Below, in pieces: positions 1 to 9,329 of a stretch of DNA of 52,318 nt; positions within the stretch are counted from its first letter, which is position 1; each line of letters starts with the position of its first letter. Location: contig DYGA01000006.1 of NCBI GenBank assembly GCA_020724865.1, positions 1 to 52,318 on the forward strand, in the 5' to 3' direction. The stretch is from Candidatus Paceibacter sp. Its GTDB lineage: Bacteria > Patescibacteriota > Patescibacteriia > S139-126. A program made the position numbers and the translations under genes. The notes below the pieces were generated by a model. That model ran no database searches. It saw nothing but the letters and a program-made list of their open reading frames with translations, and was not told where the DNA came from.

Positions 1-172
1 TTAGTCGGGGTTTTGTTGGTAGTAGGTTCGGATTTCATTCAGGAGAGACAGCCATTTAGGACAAGACAAGGAATGCGCCTCGCGGCTTCGCCGCTCGGCA
101 TTAAATTCAGCGAGGATTTGCCAGTCATTTTTGAACGAAACCGAAACCGTTCGCTCCGCGAGCTGGGGGTTC
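1..172 (-). other. Inverted copy of the recombinase 3' end with an alternative C-terminal tail (..[20 protein letters not shown]); attP-like site or silent cassette
   Basis: The minus-strand translation of 1..172 is identical to recombinase residues NPQLAERTV...CPKWL, then diverges for 15 codons to a TAA stop at 1..3. Confidence 0.8.
49..172. repeat. Left arm of perfect 124-bp inverted repeat
   Basis: The reverse complement of 49..172 (cagccatttagg...agctgggggttc) equals 1619..1742 (gaacccccagct...cctaaatggctg). Confidence 0.95.
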
Positions 173-189
173 ATTCCGCAAAGCGGAAT
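173..189. repeat. Short palindrome/hairpin at the inner IR boundary
   Basis: attccgc-aaa-gcggaat, 7-bp stem, starts on the base right after the IR. Confidence 0.75.
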
Positions 190-219
190 ACAAATGAAAT
201 TTGTGAGCCGATTTTTTCT

Positions 220-238
220 TTTCCGCCTTTGGCGGAAA
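220..238. repeat. Short palindrome/hairpin upstream of recombinase
   Basis: tttccgcc-ttt-ggcggaaa, 8-bp stem; shares TTCCGC...GCGGAA with the 173..189 hairpin. Confidence 0.75.
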
Positions 239-269
239 CTAAAGCGACAGTAATTAGCCCAAAAGCGAT

Positions 270-1799
270 ATGAGCAAATTCTTTCTCTACGCAAGAAAAT
301 CAACAGATGAACCGGATAGACAAATTTTGTCTATTGAGGCGCAGATCACCGAACTCCGCGAATATGCGGAGCGAGAGCATTTAGAAATTGTGCAGGAATT
401 TATTGAATCACAAACCGCCAAAGAGCCGGGCAGACCGATTTTCAATCAAATGCTCTCGCTCATAGAGAAAGGATTTGCTCAAGGAATTTTGGCATGGCAT
501 CCCGACAGATTGGCGAGAAACAGCGTGGATGGCGGAAGGATAATTTACTTGATTGATACCGCTAAAATTCGCGAGTTAAAGTTCCCAACATTTTGGTTTG
601 ATGTCACGCCGCAAGGGAAATTCATGTTGAATATCGCTTTTGGGCAATCAAAATACTATATTGATAATCTTTCAGAGAATGTAAAAAGAGGGTTGCGTCA
701 AAAAGTGAGACGAGGCGAATATCCGGGCGTGGCTCCCACCGGATACATGAATGACAAAGTGAATCATAAAATGGTAAAAGACCCTGAAAGGTATCGCCTC
801 GTCCAAAAACTTTTTGAATTGTATGCAACCAAAAATTACTCTCTGAAAGATTTACGAGATGAAATTACTGAAATTGGCTTGGTGAGCCGGAACGGAAAGC
901 GGCTGACGATTTCCAATATCCAAATGATACTCCGCAATCCGTTTTACTACGGCGCGTTTAAGTTCAATGGCGAGCTATACGAAGGCAGGCACGAGCCAGC
1001 GATAGCAAAGAAACTTTTTGATAAAGTCCAAGAAGTTATGTCGGAAAAATCCCGCCCCAAGAAGCGGGGCGAGAAGTCATACATCTTTCGCGGATTATTG
1101 AAATGCGGAGAGTGCGGTTGCGCCATAACCGCCGAAACACAAAAAGGACATTCGTATTATCGCTGTACCAAAAAGAAAGATATTTGCTCGCAACCTTACA
1201 TCCGCGAAGAACTTCTCGCCTCGCAGATTTCCGCCATACTTCAAAAAGTTTCTTTGCCGGAAGATTGGGCGGATAAAATGCTCGCGCAACTAGAAACAGA
1301 CGAAGCGAGCACTGCCCAATCTGATGCCCTCTTCGCTCAAAATCTCAAAAACGAGGTTACGGCGTGCAAGGAGAAGCTGGATATGCTTTTAGACGCTCAT
1401 TTGGAAAAGACCATTACGAGTGAGGAATATACCGCCAAGAAAAACAAAATCCTCGCACGCAAAATTGATATTGAGCAAAAATTGAAGGATTTTGAGCGAA
1501 AGGGCAATCGCTGGCTCGAACGCACGAAGAATTTAATTTTAGCCGCTCACCAAGCCAATTTTGTCGCTTTGGGAGATAATTTTTCTGAAAAGAAAAATTA
1601 TCTTGAAAAAGTCGGCTCGAACCCCCAGCTCGCGGAGCGAACGGTTTCGGTTTCGTTCAAAAATGACTGGCAAATCCTCGCTGAATTTAATGCCGAGCGG
1701 CGAAGCCGCGAGGCGCATTCCTTGTCTTGTCCTAAATGGCTGCGGGACTTGGATTCGAACCAAGATTACCAGGGCCAGAACCTGGCGTCCTACCATTAG
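270..1799 (+). CDS. Large serine recombinase (resolvase + recombinase + zinc-ribbon + coiled coil)
   Basis: YARKS catalytic Ser motif, DRLARN, G-x-AP-x-GY, HEPAI, LKCGECG...YYRC...C zinc ribbon; 509 aa. Confidence 0.95.
   Translation: MSKFFLYARKSTDEPDRQILSIEAQITELREYAEREHLEIVQEFIESQTAKEPGRPIFNQMLSLIEKGFAQGILAWHPDRLARNSVDGGRIIYLIDTAKIRELKFPTFWFDVTPQGKFMLNIAFGQSKYYIDNLSENVKRGLRQKVRRGEYPGVAPTGYMNDKVNHKMVKDPERYRLVQKLFELYATKNYSLKDLRDEITEIGLVSRNGKRLTISNIQMILRNPFYYGAFKFNGELYEGRHEPAIAKKLFDKVQEVMSEKSRPKKRGEKSYIFRGLLKCGECGCAITAETQKGHSYYRCTKKKDICSQPYIREELLASQISAILQKVSLPEDWADKMLAQLETDEASTAQSDALFAQNLKNEVTACKEKLDMLLDAHLEKTITSEEYTAKKNKILARKIDIEQKLKDFERKGNRWLERTKNLILAAHQANFVALGDNFSEKKNYLEKVGSNPQLAERTVSVSFKNDWQILAEFNAERRSREAHSLSCPKWLRDLDSNQDYQGQNLASYH
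1619..1742. repeat. Right arm of perfect 124-bp inverted repeat (includes last 6 nt of tRNA-Gln)
   Basis: Reverse complement of 49..172; ends in tggctg, which is the tRNA 3' end CAGCCA on the minus strand. Confidence 0.95.
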
Positions 1800-1810
1800 A
1801 CGATCCCGCA
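1737..1810 (-). tRNA. tRNA-Gln (anticodon CUG)
   Basis: TGCGGGA TC GTCTAATGGTAGGAC G CCAGG TTCTGGC CCTGG TAAT CTTGG TTCGAAT CCAAG TCCCGCA G CCA; cloverleaf, U1-A72, encoded CCA. Confidence 0.96.
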
Positions 1811-1843
1811 AAAATAAAAGATATAAAATCAAAAATTTAAAAT

Positions 1844-3397
1844 TTACTCTTCAATAATATTATCAACAAAAGAATTACCTAAAACATTTATTATATTATT
1901 TAAGCCATCATCATCGGCAGGTTTTGATTCACGATTTGCTACCATTATTTGTAAATTTATTTCTTTGGCAAAAATATCTTTGCACAATGCACTTAGTTTA
2001 TCATAATTTCTTTTTTTATAAAGTTGATTTTTGTGCAATTCATGCATAGTATATATATAGAGATCGTTGTCAGCAATATAAATATTAGAAACTTCAATAA
2101 TTTTTGCTAAGCTGTAAAATTCAGTCAATAAATTGGTTACCAAAGTTTTCTTTAAATTTTCACCAATCGGCTGTAAATTTTTTTTGACTTCTTTATTTTC
2201 ACTTTGTTGGATAAATTTATTTTTTTCTTGTTTTTTATCTTCCAGTTGTTTATGTTTATTGACAAACAAATCAGCCGATGGTTGGTTGTCAGGAGTAATT
2301 GGTTTTTTATCCAAAGTTGTCATTTCAATAACTGCAATTTCCAAGGGCAATTGCCGGAAAAATGTACTTTTTAAATTAATTTGTTTGGTGAGTAGTATTT
2401 CCAATTGCTGTTTTAGCTTTTCGAGTTTGATGGTTTGCAAGGTAGTTACTATAGTTTTATAAAAATCAGCAGTAAAAATATTTTTTAAATAATCTATTTT
2501 TTGGTTGATTTTATATAAAATTGTGTATCTATACAGCTCTATCAGTTTTTCTGTCAAAAACTCAATATCTTGACCGCTTTCATTTAAATCATTTATTAGC
2601 ATAACTGCTGTTTCGGTTTGATCTTTGACGATCGCCAACCAAAGATCAACTAATTGGTTTAAATTTGATTTGGGCAGTATCAACTCGGCGGTTTCATCAT
2701 CTATAATTTCAGCATCTAAGCCAAGCAACTGACCCAACATGCCTTGAGCATCGCGTAAAGAACCTTCGGACAAAAAGGCTATTTTTTGCAAAACACTTTC
2801 GGAAATTTTTTTCACCCCTTCCAATTTTGCTAAATTTTCTAAACTCAAGATAATATCTTGATTGCTTATTTTTTTAAAATCAAATCTTTGGCATCGGGAA
2901 ATTATCGTGTCCGGTATCTTATGAACAGCCGTGGTGCACAAAATAAAAATTGCGTAAGCTGGCGGCTCTTCCAAAGTTTTCAATAAGGCATTAAAAGATA
3001 CATCAGTCAACATGTGCACCTCATCAATAATAAAAACTTTATATTTGGCAATATTGGGTTGATATTTGATTAATTCTTTGAAATCTTTGATTTCTTCTAT
3101 TTTTCTTCTGGAAGCGGCATCAAGTTCAACCAAGTCCAAAAAATTATTTTTATTCATGGCTGAGCAAATTTCGCATTTATTACACGGCTCACCGTTGTCG
3201 GGAGCTAAACAGTTTATCGCTTTGGCAAAAACTCGAGCGATGGTAGTTTTGCCCACACCCCGCGGACCGGTGAAAAGATAAGCCTGGGCTAATTTTTTAC
3301 TGGCTATTGCCTTAGTTAAAGTTATCTTAACATGATTTTGACCAATAACTTCAGAAAATTTTTGCGGACGATATTTGCGATATAAAGTTTGGGACAT
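1844..3397 (-). CDS. dnaX: DNA polymerase III subunit gamma/tau
   Basis: [16 protein letters not shown] Walker A, Cys cluster, [22 protein letters not shown]. Confidence 0.97.
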   Translation of the reverse strand: MSQTLYRKYRPQKFSEVIGQNHVKITLTKAIASKKLAQAYLFTGPRGVGKTTIARVFAKAINCLAPDNGEPCNKCEICSAMNKNNFLDLVELDAASRRKIEEIKDFKELIKYQPNIAKYKVFIIDEVHMLTDVSFNALLKTLEEPPAYAIFILCTTAVHKIPDTIISRCQRFDFKKISNQDIILSLENLAKLEGVKKISESVLQKIAFLSEGSLRDAQGMLGQLLGLDAEIIDDETAELILPKSNLNQLVDLWLAIVKDQTETAVMLINDLNESGQDIEFLTEKLIELYRYTILYKINQKIDYLKNIFTADFYKTIVTTLQTIKLEKLKQQLEILLTKQINLKSTFFRQLPLEIAVIEMTTLDKKPITPDNQPSADLFVNKHKQLEDKKQEKNKFIQQSENKEVKKNLQPIGENLKKTLVTNLLTEFYSLAKIIEVSNIYIADNDLYIYTMHELHKNQLYKKRNYDKLSALCKDIFAKEINLQIMVANRESKPADDDGLNNIINVLGNSFVDNIIEE

Positions 3398-3400
3398 AAA

Positions 3401-3940
3401 CTATCCGTTCTTTTTAATAATATTTTCCACAGCTGCCCATGTTGATTGGGCATTTTTTGGTGTTAACATAATTACTTCATCTCCGGTTTCACCTTTAAAA
3501 TAAGTAACCGGCGCTGATAATAATTTATAAGTTGCTCGATCAGTTCGGCCATAATATTGTTTTTTTTCTTCATCATAATAAATTTCTCCGACTACTCTTT
3601 CCCTTTCTACAGGTCCGATCTGTTTAAAAACAAATGAACCATTGGGCTGAATAGTTAATTTTAACATATCACCCTCAACCAATTTTGATTTGGAAGCGTA
3701 ATTTTGGGGAACTAAATATTCTTTTCCATCTGGACCTATCATTTTGTCACCACTGAATACGCCTTCAATGATTTTATTGTCTGCGTCATTTTTTTCACTT
3801 CCCTTTTCTCTGGCCATCAAATTTGCATCTATTTGCTCTTTGTCAATATGACCTGATATAATTTTTTTTGCTAAATCTAGCTGTTGTTGGATGCTGTTTA
3901 AAATGTGTTTTATTTTTTCAATTTTATTTTCTTCTGACAT
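3401..3940 (-). CDS. Conserved hypothetical protein (CPR-type)
   Basis: 179-aa ORF tightly packed between the ATPase and dnaX; core EGVFSGDKMIGPDGKEYLVPQNYASKSKLVEGDMLKL resembles a Patescibacteria-conserved family. Confidence 0.75.
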   Translation of the reverse strand: MSEENKIEKIKHILNSIQQQLDLAKKIISGHIDKEQIDANLMAREKGSEKNDADNKIIEGVFSGDKMIGPDGKEYLVPQNYASKSKLVEGDMLKLTIQPNGSFVFKQIGPVERERVVGEIYYDEEKKQYYGRTDRATYKLLSAPVTYFKGETGDEVIMLTPKNAQSTWAAVENIIKKNG

Positions 3941-3965
3941 AGATTTTGATTAATAATTTTATTTT

Positions 3966-6392
3966 TTAATATTTTGTTTCAATAATTTTTTTTGGCCGGC
4001 CGTAATGTAATTTAGAAAGAGCTATGATTTTTTCGCGATTAATCTCTTCTCCAACCGGTTCTTTTAGGGTGCTTATATTAAAAGCCGGAACTGTGGTATT
4101 GTCAATTATCATTTTAATATAGGCGCTAAATTTAGGTATGTTGATTAAATCATGTTGATTGAAAACAGGTTCAAACTGTTTGACGACATATTCAGCATCT
4201 TCCGGACCAATACGGAAAGCAATAAAAGTGCCTACATTACCAAAAACAGAATCTCTAATCGATGTATCGCCATGCTTTGTCAGCTGGCCTAAATATTGAT
4301 TGGCCAATATCAAATTCAGACGATATTTTCTGGCTTCAGAAAGAATAATGGAAATGCTGTCGGTAGTAAAATTTTGAAACTCATCAATATATAAATAAAA
4401 ATCCGTACGAAGATTTTCTGGAATATTAGCACGGCTCAAAGCAGCAATCAATATTTTCCCCACAATAATCATGCCCAATAGCCGACTGTTTATTTCTCCT
4501 AATTTACCTTTGCTTAGATTGACAACCAAAATCTTTTTTTGATCCATAATTTCTCTAAAATCAAAACTGCTCTTTTGCGCCGCAATAATGGGCCGTATCA
4601 TGTCATTGGCAATAAAAGGTGTTAACTTACTGGTAATATAAGGAACCATATTAGCTAGGGCTGCTTCACCTCCAGCTTTCAATGCTTCTTTTTGCCAAAA
4701 ATCTATGACGGTTGGATTTTTGCATTTACTCAATTTATATTTACGGAAATCTTCATCAGCTAAAACTTTTGGCACTTCAAGTAAAGTCATCCCTGATTCA
4801 GGGTCATCCATAACCAAAAGTAAAGCATTCCTCATGTATTGCTCAAACATTGGTCCTCCGGTGGCCTTTAAATCATATAATTTATCAAATATGGACAATA
4901 ATTCATTAACTATCAATGATTTCTGGGATTCATTATTATACTCCAGCATATTAATAGAAATCGGCCGCTCAGTATCAGCTGGGTCAAAATAGATAACATC
5001 ATGCCAACGATGTTTAGGAACATTTTTCAAAATATCACTGGCAAAATCACCGTGTGGATCAATAATACAACAACCATTACCAGCTAAAATATCTTGGATC
5101 ATCATATTTTTCATCAAAGTTGATTTACCGGTACCAGTTTGACCTATGATATACATATGTCTGCGTCGATCGTCAGTTTTTATTTTTATATCTATGACTT
5201 CATCACGATACTGACTTTGCCCAATGACTATACCTTCGGTCGGTAAATTTATTGGTGGAGCGTATTTTTTTGCCTCCAACCATTGTAAATTTGGCACGTC
5301 ATTATGATCGCTCGGAAAATGATAGATGGAAGCCAACTCTTCTGTATTTAATATAATTTTTCTTTTATCATCAAAACGACGATAAATAAAATTTCTTATT
5401 AATTTACTATGCCAAGTCAAAAAAGCCGGTTGAAAACTATTACCGTATTCATAAATGTTATATTGAGAAAAAACATTTAATATATTATTTAAATATGAAT
5501 TAGTAGTTTCTTTATTTTGCGTAGAGACGATAACACGAAGATTGGCGGCCAAAGCCCCTTTGGATAGTTTTTGTTCAATTGATTCAATGGTTTTTTGTTC
5601 TAGGGCGGTTAGTTGCGTGCTGGGACTATTTTTTTCTTTATTTTTGTTAGTCTTAAATCCATTTAACAACAAATCAAAAAAATAATTTATAATTTTGCCG
5701 AAAATACCCGTGGCATCATAAACATTTACACTTTGATGAAGCATCAATTTTTTCACTAACTTTTTTCCTTGCTGCCGCCAAGAATTACTTATCGGAATAA
5801 GTAACAATTGTAGAGCCATACCTTCATCTTTTTTCAACTTTGATAAAGAGTTTAATATTGCATTTAGCGGATCGTTTTCCATTTGCTGGTACGTTTTTAT
5901 TGGAAAAGAAGAATTTCTTTTAAATACAAAAAAACCGCCTGCCACGTAACTAGTTGGTTTAAAAATATTATAATCTTCAATTTGTTCCACAACTGCTTGA
6001 GGGTATTGCGCGTGAATTTGTTGAACTAAAAACCTTTTTAAATCAAGCGGTAAGGCTAAATAAAAAGTAATTTTTTCATTGTGGGCCACTATTTCAAAGC
6101 TGATAAATTTTCTGTGAACACGAAAAATTGTATCTAAAAAAGAATTTTTTTTCAGTCCACTAATTGCTGCATACAAACTTTCAGCATTGGTTAAAATCTC
6201 TTTCCATTTGTCTTCGCCATTTTTATCTTTACTAAACCTGGGCAAGGTTACTTTTAAAACTATCGTGGAAAAAACCGCGCGATAATAATAATTTTTTGAA
6301 AAAAACAAATACAAAAAAATTAATAAAAATAAAAAGACACCAATAATGGCAAAGTAAGAAAAAAATATCAGATTTTCTAAACTAAAAAACAT
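3966..6392 (-). CDS. Membrane-anchored VirB4/VirD4(TraG/TrwB)/HerA-like P-loop ATPase with fused N-terminal domain
   Basis: N-terminal TM helix; DRRRHMYIIGQTGTGKS Walker A, IDPHGD, YIDEFQNF Walker B, LSEARKYRL. Confidence 0.88.
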   Translation of the reverse strand: MFFSLENLIFFSYFAIIGVFLFLLIFLYLFFSKNYYYRAVFSTIVLKVTLPRFSKDKNGEDKWKEILTNAESLYAAISGLKKNSFLDTIFRVHRKFISFEIVAHNEKITFYLALPLDLKRFLVQQIHAQYPQAVVEQIEDYNIFKPTSYVAGGFFVFKRNSSFPIKTYQQMENDPLNAILNSLSKLKKDEGMALQLLLIPISNSWRQQGKKLVKKLMLHQSVNVYDATGIFGKIINYFFDLLLNGFKTNKNKEKNSPSTQLTALEQKTIESIEQKLSKGALAANLRVIVSTQNKETTNSYLNNILNVFSQYNIYEYGNSFQPAFLTWHSKLIRNFIYRRFDDKRKIILNTEELASIYHFPSDHNDVPNLQWLEAKKYAPPINLPTEGIVIGQSQYRDEVIDIKIKTDDRRRHMYIIGQTGTGKSTLMKNMMIQDILAGNGCCIIDPHGDFASDILKNVPKHRWHDVIYFDPADTERPISINMLEYNNESQKSLIVNELLSIFDKLYDLKATGGPMFEQYMRNALLLVMDDPESGMTLLEVPKVLADEDFRKYKLSKCKNPTVIDFWQKEALKAGGEAALANMVPYITSKLTPFIANDMIRPIIAAQKSSFDFREIMDQKKILVVNLSKGKLGEINSRLLGMIIVGKILIAALSRANIPENLRTDFYLYIDEFQNFTTDSISIILSEARKYRLNLILANQYLGQLTKHGDTSIRDSVFGNVGTFIAFRIGPEDAEYVVKQFEPVFNQHDLINIPKFSAYIKMIIDNTTVPAFNISTLKEPVGEEINREKIIALSKLHYGRPKKIIETKY

Positions 6393-6396
6393 TAAA

Positions 6397-6918
6397 TTAT
6401 TTTAAATTTTTATTTTTGTGCTGTAGTTCTAAAACTTTATCTGTTTTTATTTTGGCTTCTTGTTCTAAAAAAAATTTATTTATCCCCGGAATAATAAATA
6501 ACCAGTTTCTGATTAAATTTAAAACTTCATAAATTTTAAATTTAATACTTTTAATCAAGACCACTATACTGGCGGCCGTTTCCTCCCCTTTTTGTTTAAA
6601 AATAATTTTTCTTGGTTGATCTAAACTCTGATATAAATCCTCTAGCCCTGACGACAAAATATCTTCCACTGATTTTTGTAATATAGTATCAGCATTAGTA
6701 TCCTCCCTATGCATCTGTACTGACTGAGTAATATTGGTATTATTTGGTATTTTCTCTTTTGGTTGGTTTTTATCATCAACCGCTAAATTTTTGAATTCAA
6801 AATTTTTATTTTCACCTGTCGTGTCTTGTTTTTCAATCTTAAGATCGGTTTGTTGTTCAAAATTGTTTAAATTTTCCATATTTTTTAAACTATTTTTGTT
6901 TTTATATTGTTTGTCCAT
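6397..6918 (-). CDS. Hypothetical protein (CPR-type)
   Basis: 173-aa ORF at the head of the operon; low-complexity N-terminus, C-terminus WLFIIPGINKFFLEQEAKIKTD. Confidence 0.7.
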   Translation of the reverse strand: MDKQYKNKNSLKNMENLNNFEQQTDLKIEKQDTTGENKNFEFKNLAVDDKNQPKEKIPNNTNITQSVQMHREDTNADTILQKSVEDILSSGLEDLYQSLDQPRKIIFKQKGEETAASIVVLIKSIKFKIYEVLNLIRNWLFIIPGINKFFLEQEAKIKTDKVLELQHKNKNLK

Positions 6919-6924
6919 AAGCTA

Positions 6925-6933
6925 ATTATAACA
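6925..6933 (-). promoter_or_regulatory. Extended -10 promoter, likely leaderless transcript
   Basis: Minus strand TGT-TATAAT followed by 6 nt then ATG at 6918. Confidence 0.6.
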
Positions 6934-6966
6934 CAAAAATAATATATTAAAAATCTCATTATTTTA

Positions 6967-6975
6967 TGCTATAAT
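6967..6975 (+). promoter_or_regulatory. Extended -10 promoter of corA-cysS, likely leaderless
   Basis: TGC-TATAAT followed by 7 nt then ATG at 6983. Confidence 0.6.
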
Positions 6976-6982
6976 ATGAACA

Positions 6983-7924
6983 ATGAATCAAATTACCGAA
7001 AAAATAAAAAAAGTTAAAACAGCCAATTTTACTTGGCTGAATATTGTTGAACCCGGCAATGAAGAAATTGATTATTTGAAAAAAGAATATAATTTTCATC
7101 CTTTGGATTTAAGAGATGCACATATAAATAAAAAGGCTCAAAGACCTCAACTGTCTAATAGAGAAAATTATTCATTTTTAATTTTTTTATTTCCAGTTTA
7201 TGATCGACAAATGCGAAAAATCATGCCGGCGGAAATTGATTTTTTTATCAAAGAAGATTTGATCATAACTTTACACGACGATTCACTCACAGCTATAAAA
7301 GAGTTGTTTGAACAATGCAGTCAGTATGAATATTATCGCGATTTGAATATGGGGGCACATCCTACTTATTTTTTTTATTTCATTTTAGAAAAGCTGTTGC
7401 AAAATTGTTTTCCTATGCTAGATCATATTGCCACTGACAATCAAAGAATTGAAAATAATATTTTTAAAAATAAAGAAAAAGAAATGGTTAAAGAAATACT
7501 GATTATTAAAAGAAATATAGTCAATTTTAGGTTTATTATGCAATCACATCGCACAATCATAAAAAAGTTTATTGAACTAGAAAGTAAATATTTAAAAATG
7601 AATATTTATAAGATATTTTTTGAAAAATTATTAGTGCAAACAAAAGATATCTGGGAAGTGCTTGAAGGGCATAAACAAACAATAGACGCTTTGCAAGAGA
7701 CCAACGAATCAGCCATCTCCTTTCGCATCAATGATGTGATGAAAACTTTAACCACAATTTCAGTTATTTTTTTACCGCTTACTCTAGTTGCCAGTATTTT
7801 TGGAATGAATGTAAGTTATATACCGTTTGCGGATGATCCGCGCGGCTTTTGGTTTGTAATTGGAATTATTTTATTTATATTTGTAGGTTTATTCCTATTT
7901 TTTAAATCAAAAAAATGGTATTAA
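6983..7924 (+). CDS. corA: CorA family Mg2+/Co2+ transporter
   Basis: FHPLD, MKTLT, FGMN signature, two C-terminal TM helices. Confidence 0.95.
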   Translation: MNQITEKIKKVKTANFTWLNIVEPGNEEIDYLKKEYNFHPLDLRDAHINKKAQRPQLSNRENYSFLIFLFPVYDRQMRKIMPAEIDFFIKEDLIITLHDDSLTAIKELFEQCSQYEYYRDLNMGAHPTYFFYFILEKLLQNCFPMLDHIATDNQRIENNIFKNKEKEMVKEILIIKRNIVNFRFIMQSHRTIIKKFIELESKYLKMNIYKIFFEKLLVQTKDIWEVLEGHKQTIDALQETNESAISFRINDVMKTLTTISVIFLPLTLVASIFGMNVSYIPFADDPRGFWFVIGIILFIFVGLFLFFKSKKWY

Positions 7925-7925
7925 T

Positions 7926-9329
7926 ATGACAGAAATAAAATTTTACAATACCTTAACAAAGAAAAAAGAAACATTTAAATCTATCAAAAAAAATAAAGTC
8001 GGTTTATACACCTGCGGTTTAACGGTTTATAATTTTGCGCATATTGGCAATCTACGCACATATATTTTTGAAGATATACTCCGTCGCACTTTAATGCTCA
8101 ACAATTACCAAGTGAAACATGTCCAAAATATTACCGATGTAGGACATTTAACTGATGATGCTGATCAAGGTGAGGACAAAATAGAAAAAATTGCTAACCA
8201 AGAGAAAAAAACCGCTTGGGAAATAGCCGATTTTTATACCCAAGCTTTCAAACAAGACTTAAAAAAACTCAATATTCTTTATCCACATATCTGGTGCAAA
8301 GCTACAGAACATATCAAAGAACAAATTGCAGTCATAAAAAAAATTGAACAAAACGGTTTTACTTATTTAACTGATGATGGTTTGTATTTTGATACAAGTA
8401 AGCTAAAAAACTATGGCCGCTTGTCAAACCAAAATAAAGATGAACTGCAGGCGGGAAAAAGAGTAGATATTGGTCTTAAAAAAAATCATACTGATTTTGC
8501 CCTTTGGAAATTTTCCAAAACAAATGAAAAAAGACAAATGGAATGGGATTCACCTTGGGGAAAAGGCTTTCCGGGTTGGCACATAGAGTGTAGCGCTATG
8601 GCCACTAATTATTTAGGCGTTCCGTTTGATATTCACTGTGGCGGCATAGACCATATACCAGTTCATCATAACAATGAAATAGCTCAAACGGAAGCTGCAG
8701 AAGGTAAATTAATGGCCAACTATTGGTTGCATTGCGAATTTTTACTTATCAATGACGATAAAATGTCAAAAAGTAAAAATAACTTTTTTACTCTGCAATC
8801 AATAATAGAAAAAAATTATTCGCCTCTAGCTTTTCGTTATTTAACGCTAAATACCCATTATCGGCAAAAAATTTCTTTTACTTGGCAATCTTTAGACCAA
8901 GCTCAAAATGCATTGTTAAAACTATTAAATTTTCTTGCTCCCTACCAAAAAAATGGCAAAATAATTGCTGAATTTAAAAATAAATTTATCTTGGCCTTAA
9001 ATGATGATTTAAATACACCTAAAAGTTTAGCGGTAATGTGGGAATTAGTTAAATCAAATAAACCCTTAGCAGATATTGCCGCCACAATTTTTTATTTTGA
9101 TAAAGTCTTAGGATTAAATTTAGAAAAAATTTTAAGCAAAGTTAAATCTCAAAAAATTCCTACGGAAATCAAAACTTTATTATTAAAAAGAGAAAAGGCC
9201 AGACAAGAGAAAAATTGGGAGCTGGCCGATAAATTAAGGTTGGAAATTTTAAATAAAAATTATCTGGTTGCTGACACAAATACCGGACAAAAAATTTCCA
9301 AAAATATTACAGTGCTTGATCTGTTGTAA
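7926..9329 (+). CDS. cysS: Cysteine--tRNA ligase
   Basis: CGLTVY, HIGN, PGWHIECS, KMSKS. Confidence 0.97.
   Translation: MTEIKFYNTLTKKKETFKSIKKNKVGLYTCGLTVYNFAHIGNLRTYIFEDILRRTLMLNNYQVKHVQNITDVGHLTDDADQGEDKIEKIANQEKKTAWEIADFYTQAFKQDLKKLNILYPHIWCKATEHIKEQIAVIKKIEQNGFTYLTDDGLYFDTSKLKNYGRLSNQNKDELQAGKRVDIGLKKNHTDFALWKFSKTNEKRQMEWDSPWGKGFPGWHIECSAMATNYLGVPFDIHCGGIDHIPVHHNNEIAQTEAAEGKLMANYWLHCEFLLINDDKMSKSKNNFFTLQSIIEKNYSPLAFRYLTLNTHYRQKISFTWQSLDQAQNALLKLLNFLAPYQKNGKIIAEFKNKFILALNDDLNTPKSLAVMWELVKSNKPLADIAATIFYFDKVLGLNLEKILSKVKSQKIPTEIKTLLLKREKARQEKNWELADKLRLEILNKNYLVADTNTGQKISKNITVLDLL

Larger units (their letters stand above)
1..1742. mobile_element. Right end of a putative integrative/invertible element at the 3' end of tRNA-Gln
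   Basis: Large serine recombinase abutting the tRNA 3' end; visibly GC-richer than the rest of the window, with the shift at about 1810; inverted repeats. The left boundary may lie outside the window. Confidence 0.7.

Noticed and set aside
1-303. 100-aa minus ORF and 86-aa plus ORF (13..273) as independent genes
   Set aside because: Both are by-products of the inverted repeat. Only 1..172 on the minus strand has real coding similarity, to the recombinase tail; the rest has no protein-like signal.
1539-1857. ORFs 1539..1832 (-) and 1561..1857 (+)
   Set aside because: Shadow frames over the recombinase end and tRNA-Gln.
1844-3397. Programmed -1 frameshift in dnaX
   Set aside because: An A7G run occurs near the C-terminus (about 2010..2017) but without an evident stimulatory hairpin or SD, and A-runs are ubiquitous in this AT-rich DNA.
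3401-3940. Calling this ORF a ribosomal protein L7/L12
   Set aside because: No L7/L12 motifs are visible and it is not next to rplJ, so it is left as a conserved hypothetical.
3966-6392. Conjugative element/ICE around the VirB4/VirD4-like ATPases
   Set aside because: No relaxase, oriT, VirB6/VirB8 or composition shift; both copies are embedded among housekeeping genes.
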